20,442 nucleotides of DNA from Bdellovibrio sp. GTDB lineage: Bacteria > Bdellovibrionota > Bdellovibrionia > Bdellovibrionales > Bdellovibrionaceae. Where the stretch lies: NCBI GenBank assembly GCA_046318155.1, contig JBKCUU010000056.1, positions 1 through 20,442 on the forward strand. The letters run 5' to 3'. The translations under genes and the position numbers were made by a program. Each line of letters opens with the position of its first letter. Position 1 is the stretch's first letter. The notes beneath the pieces were generated by a model, which searched no databases, had not been told where the DNA came from, and saw only the letters and a list, made by a program, of their open reading frames with translations. This document shows, piece by piece, positions 16,461-20,442 of the stretch.

Positions 16461-18032
16461 TTAGAGGCTTGTTGAGTCGAAATTTTGAAGATTTTCACAT
16501 TTCGAGATCGTATATTCTCCACCCTTCCAGATGGGTTGCTGGTCACAGAGTTCCTGCAACCGCTTCTGGATCGCTGAGTTTTCCCAGTTCCAGAAAGTCG
16601 AGTTTCGCACCAACACGACTTGGCGTTGATCGTTTGGATCCCTGCTCGGCAAGAAGGTCAGGCAGTCTTGAAAATTCACGGAACCATCCAGTAAGTACTC
16701 CAGGTCTCGATTCGCCCACCAAGCACAGCCCAGCAACTGGGTCTGTTCAAGAGGTAGTTTCTCGATCTGATTTTTTGCTTCTAACGACATCGTCACGCGT
16801 TGGTCGACTGACAGCCCTGCGATAAACTTTCCGTAAAGATCGCGGCGCCCCCCGAAGACGAGAAGCAAGACAATCCCGCCCAAAATAAACTGTTTACGAA
16901 GTTGAACTTCTGAAAGTAGTAGCAATGATCCGATCCAAATCAGAATCAGTGCTGGGATTACATGGCGAACCCAAGCGAAGGGAGAAAAGAATAGCCACCA
17001 TCCTAAAACTGAAAAGCCCGCAACCAGAACGGCCAAACCGGTGATGGCGACGGGACGACGTGTTTTAAGACCATTCCGGATAAGAATCAAACCAATGACC
17101 GCGATAATTAGGATCGAGAGGTCTCCCCCACACAAGCCGGCGATCGTATGTACTCCACGCTCAAAGTTATCCAACGCATATGCAATCTTATTAGGATGCG
17201 CGAGCATCTCGTTGATTCCAGAAGCATTGCCTCGCAGGAAAGAACCAAATGAAGCCAATTCTGGATCTCGAAAAATAGTTTTGAGTCCAGCATAGATACT
17301 GATTGGCAAAAGTCCTGCTATTCCGACCACCATTGCCAAAAGGAGACTTTTAGGTGGGCGCTTTTCGATCAGTGACCATAAGAGACGGCCACCAACCAAG
17401 GTCACGAGAGGAACTAAAAAAATAAACTTGGTGAGTAAGCCAAGTCCCAGAAGAAGACCAAATCCGAAAAAGCGGCTCCAAGTTTGCTTGGGTTTTTGCC
17501 AATCTCCCAACAAACACACAAATCCCAAAAGAAAGAAAAAGCTTCCGGCTGTCTCGCCGACAAGTGAATACCAAGGCTTGAAATACCGATACTCACCACT
17601 ATGTGAAACCTCATCCGATATCCAGAAACCTAGTAAGGAAAAACAGAGCAGAAACCACCAAAAATGATCCAGGGGACGAATCATTCGTCGCATCAACAGC
17701 AAAAATGCAAAGACAAGAGCGAGGACGACGAGACTCGAACCAAAGGCTGGAACCCAGTATTGATTTCCAAAGATACGAACCATTGCCGATACGGGCAAAA
17801 TCAGTGTGGGGCCGGTCGTAATGATGTGATCAAATGGTTTGAACTTCACATAACTGGTCGAATAACCATGTCCCTCAGCCAAATTCTTAGCAACCGACGC
17901 CATGACCGAATCATCATAAAGCAAAGGGGCGGTCCGAATCTGCACAAGCCAAAAACCAATAAAAACAGCGAATGAGAGAATCGCCGTTGGTTTTAGCCAG
18001 AATTTCTGAAAGGTCTCTAGCGTTTTGTTCAT
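16461..18032 (-). CDS. Polytopic membrane protein, probable GT-C (ArnT/PMT/GtrII-like) glycosyltransferase
   Basis: Acidic pair after TM1 (LYDDSVMASVAKNLAEGHGY), ITTGPT, GE in a later loop, LGLGLLTK, RH near the last TMs, about 11-12 TM segments and a soluble C-terminal domain. Confidence 0.7.
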   Translation of the reverse strand: MNKTLETFQKFWLKPTAILSFAVFIGFWLVQIRTAPLLYDDSVMASVAKNLAEGHGYSTSYVKFKPFDHIITTGPTLILPVSAMVRIFGNQYWVPAFGSSLVVLALVFAFLLLMRRMIRPLDHFWWFLLCFSLLGFWISDEVSHSGEYRYFKPWYSLVGETAGSFFFLLGFVCLLGDWQKPKQTWSRFFGFGLLLGLGLLTKFIFLVPLVTLVGGRLLWSLIEKRPPKSLLLAMVVGIAGLLPISIYAGLKTIFRDPELASFGSFLRGNASGINEMLAHPNKIAYALDNFERGVHTIAGLCGGDLSILIIAVIGLILIRNGLKTRRPVAITGLAVLVAGFSVLGWWLFFSPFAWVRHVIPALILIWIGSLLLLSEVQLRKQFILGGIVLLLVFGGRRDLYGKFIAGLSVDQRVTMSLEAKNQIEKLPLEQTQLLGCAWWANRDLEYLLDGSVNFQDCLTFLPSRDPNDQRQVVLVRNSTFWNWENSAIQKRLQELCDQQPIWKGGEYTISKCENLQNFDSTSL

Positions 18033-18199
18033 TTAGCTTATCAATCCTTAATTTTGCTTTCTGTCAAATATGAAGCATTAACAATTACTTAAGTGATGAC
18101 ATGTAGCAGCCTGCAGGGCTTAAATTTAGAGGCTTTTTTTAATCAGAGATTGGCAGCGAGTTGACTGAAGTTGTAGCTTAGCACCTTCGAGGTGAAAGC

Positions 18200-19324
18200 A
18201 TGAATTATGATCTCTTGATCGTAGGCGCTGGCCCGGTCGGTTGCACGATTGCCGAACGGGCTGCCACCACTTTGGGTTGGACAAGTCTGATCGTCGAAAA
18301 GCGTCAGCACATCGCAGGAAACTGCTATGATCGCTTCGATGAAAATGGGATCCTCATTCATCAGTACGGTCCTCACTATTTTCGCACCAATAATATCAGC
18401 CTTCTGAATTATCTTTCGCAATTTACTGATTGGATTCCCGGCTCCTACATTGTGAACAGCTCAGTTCACGGGCAGCTCTATCCTTTTCCGATCAACCGCT
18501 CGACTATTGAACAATTTTTTGGCGTTAAACTTGATTCCGAATCTGTTCTTAAGTTCATGGAGAGCAAACGGATTCCTTGTGAATCTCCAACGAATTCAGA
18601 GGACTTCGTTTTGTCACGCGTAGGCCGAGAAATGTACGAGGCTTTTTACCTAGGATACACCTTGAAGCAATGGGGTATGCACCCTAAGGACCTGAACGCT
18701 AGCGTGTGTGGCCGCATCCCCATCCGTTCCAACAGTGACAATCGGTATGTTGATCATCGCTATCAGCTCATGCCTCGCCATGGGTACACAAAAATGATTT
18801 CAAATATGATCAACAGTGAACGTATCAAGGTTTTGCTCAACACGGACTACCGCGAAGTTCAAGCTAGCCTTAAACCAAAAGTTGCCACTGTCTATTGCGG
18901 TCCTATCGATGAGTACTTTGCATTTAAGCATGGCCGCTTAGGATGGCGGTCACTCAAGTTTGAATTTGTTCACGAGAAAAAAGAAAGCGTTCAACCCTGT
19001 GTGCAGCTTAATTATCCCAATGATTTTGACTATACACGCTCTGTCGAGTTCAAACACGTCACTAAACAGACTCACCCTCACACGACCATCGCCTACGAAT
19101 ATCCTGCTGCTGAAGGCGATCCCTATTATCCTATTCCGTCAGATGAGAATGCCGCTCTATTTAAAAAATACGCTGCCGATGCAGAGATAGAGACGAAGGC
19201 CAAAAAAATCTATTTTGCCGGACGTCTAGCTCAGTACAAGTACATCAACATGGACGAGGCTTTCGAGTCTGCCCTCAATACTTTTGATAAAATGAAATCG
19301 GAGCTCACGAATGCGGGGAACTGA
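18200..19324 (+). CDS. glf: UDP-galactopyranose mutase
   Basis: IVGAG FAD motif, HIAGNCYD, HQYGPHYFRT, GYTLKQWG, GDPYYPIP and GRLAQYKYINMD motifs. GAGG RBS. Confidence 0.96.
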   Translation: MNYDLLIVGAGPVGCTIAERAATTLGWTSLIVEKRQHIAGNCYDRFDENGILIHQYGPHYFRTNNISLLNYLSQFTDWIPGSYIVNSSVHGQLYPFPINRSTIEQFFGVKLDSESVLKFMESKRIPCESPTNSEDFVLSRVGREMYEAFYLGYTLKQWGMHPKDLNASVCGRIPIRSNSDNRYVDHRYQLMPRHGYTKMISNMINSERIKVLLNTDYREVQASLKPKVATVYCGPIDEYFAFKHGRLGWRSLKFEFVHEKKESVQPCVQLNYPNDFDYTRSVEFKHVTKQTHPHTTIAYEYPAAEGDPYYPIPSDENAALFKKYAADAEIETKAKKIYFAGRLAQYKYINMDEAFESALNTFDKMKSELTNAGN

Positions 19325-20042
19325 TCTCTACATCGTTATACCTGTCTATAACGAGATGGAATCGATCAAAGTCGTCCTTTCGCAGTGGATTCCCAAGCTA
19401 CGGGAGATCGTTACTGAAGGCTTTACGGCGCTCGTGCTTAATGATGGGTCTAAAGATAAAACGCTCGAAATTCTTCATTCCTTGAAGGGCGAAATTCCGG
19501 AGTTGGAAATCTTCGACAAGCCGAACAGCGGTCATGGACAGACCTGCCTCCTTGGTTACAAAATGTCGGCACAAGCTGGGGCAAAATGGATCTTTCAAAT
19601 TGATTCTGATGGTCAATGTGATCCACAGTATTTCGCTGCGGTATGGGAAGCCCGGAACCAAGCACCGGTTGTGTTTGGCTACAGAGTTCATCGAGATGAT
19701 GGCCTCTTTCGAGTGCTTGTTTCAAAAATCGTGACCCTTTTTGGTTTTTTTACGACAGGAACTTGGGTTCGGGACGCCAATGTCCCCTATCGCCTTATGA
19801 AATCAGATATCATCAAGGATCTGGTGCCAACTATCCCTGCGGATTTTCATTTGGCTAATATTGCTCTCGCAATTTTGATTCAAAAAAGAACACCAATTAA
19901 ATGGGTCAATATCCACTTTTTGCAGCGTTATGGTGGAGTTCCCTCCGTGAAACCCTTTTCATTTGTTCGACATGGACTAACTCTAGCGAGGCAGTTGCGC
20001 GAGATCATGCGCAAACAAGATCATAAATCTCTGCGATCTTAG
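19311..20042 (+). CDS. GT2 glycosyltransferase (DPM1/polyprenyl-phosphate sugar synthase-like)
   Basis: VIPVYNE, LNDGSKDKT, NSGHG, FQIDSDGQ and DANVPYRL motifs. Overlaps the glf stop; GGAG RBS. Confidence 0.88.
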   Translation: MRGTDLYIVIPVYNEMESIKVVLSQWIPKLREIVTEGFTALVLNDGSKDKTLEILHSLKGEIPELEIFDKPNSGHGQTCLLGYKMSAQAGAKWIFQIDSDGQCDPQYFAAVWEARNQAPVVFGYRVHRDDGLFRVLVSKIVTLFGFFTTGTWVRDANVPYRLMKSDIIKDLVPTIPADFHLANIALAILIQKRTPIKWVNIHFLQRYGGVPSVKPFSFVRHGLTLARQLREIMRKQDHKSLRS

Positions 20043-20442
20043 GATTTCTTTTTGGCTGTCATTCGCGCCAAGTGATTTTGACAAAGTTTAGGGTTATAGA
20101 GTGAACCACAAGATTTAAGATAGGCCTGAAAATCATCGATCTTTTGTCGTGTGGGATTATCTCGAAGCAATTCAATTTTGACGAATGGTGTCCGTTTAGC
20201 TAAAAGAGCTTTCCAAAAAAAATGCGTGATATTGGGGTAACAGCAAGTGTGAAAATGCTCGCGGAGAACTTCAAAGGATTTAAATTTATCCAAATTAAAC
20301 CAAAATGTGAATGGAAGAAAAATCACCATCGACACCATCATGATTCCAAGGCGCACATAATAAAGAACAATGACTTTGTCCATTGTTCCAAAGCCTACTT
20401 TAAAATAGGTTGCTGATTTAAATCCATGCGATTCAAAAAATG
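20039..20442 (-). CDS. Rhamnan synthesis F (RgpF)-like protein, 3' part only
   Basis: The frame stays open from the window edge (FFESHGFKSATYF...), so the true start is outside the window. NITHFFWKALL..TPFVKIELLRDNP resembles the RgpF-family motif. Confidence 0.7.
   Translation of the reverse strand, partial: FFESHGFKSATYFKVGFGTMDKVIVLYYVRLGIMMVSMVIFLPFTFWFNLDKFKSFEVLREHFHTCCYPNITHFFWKALLAKRTPFVKIELLRDNPTRQKIDDFQAYLKSCGSLYNPKLCQNHLARMTAKKKS

Noticed and set aside
18149..18165. Sigma-54 promoter upstream of glf (TTGGCAGCGAGTTGAC)
   Set aside because: Spacing is one base short and the -12 GC is missing.
1084..20416. Remaining short ORF-track entries overlapping the called genes
   Set aside because: They lie antisense or out of frame within well-supported CDSs and show no recognisable motifs.

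Overview
A bacterial cell-surface glycan (LPS/O-antigen-type) biosynthesis locus with frequent strand switches. It encodes nucleotide-sugar enzymes (ugd, 5' part only and missed by the ORF track; galE; rfbB; glf), a GmhB-like phosphatase, an O-antigen ligase-family protein, WbaP, GT4/GT9/GT2 glycosyltransferases, a single-polypeptide ABC exporter, a PhyH-type Fe(II)/2OG dioxygenase, a GT-C-like membrane protein and the 3' end of an RgpF-like gene. A non-glycan segment at about 7.4-10.0 kb interrupts the cluster. It holds a Gly-rich ('collagen-like') lipoprotein gene, a frameshifted small ORF, an internally deleted zeta-toxin-like ATPase, a start-less ~80%-identical copy of the lipoprotein's 3' part, and a PIN/VapC fragment. 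Notable non-coding structure: a perfect 45+1+45 bp palindrome filling the gap between two convergent genes (1705-1795) and a ~25-bp-period hairpin array in the ugd/GT2 divergent region. All family calls come from motif recognition, not database searches. A Bdellovibrionota-like host is only a tentative impression.
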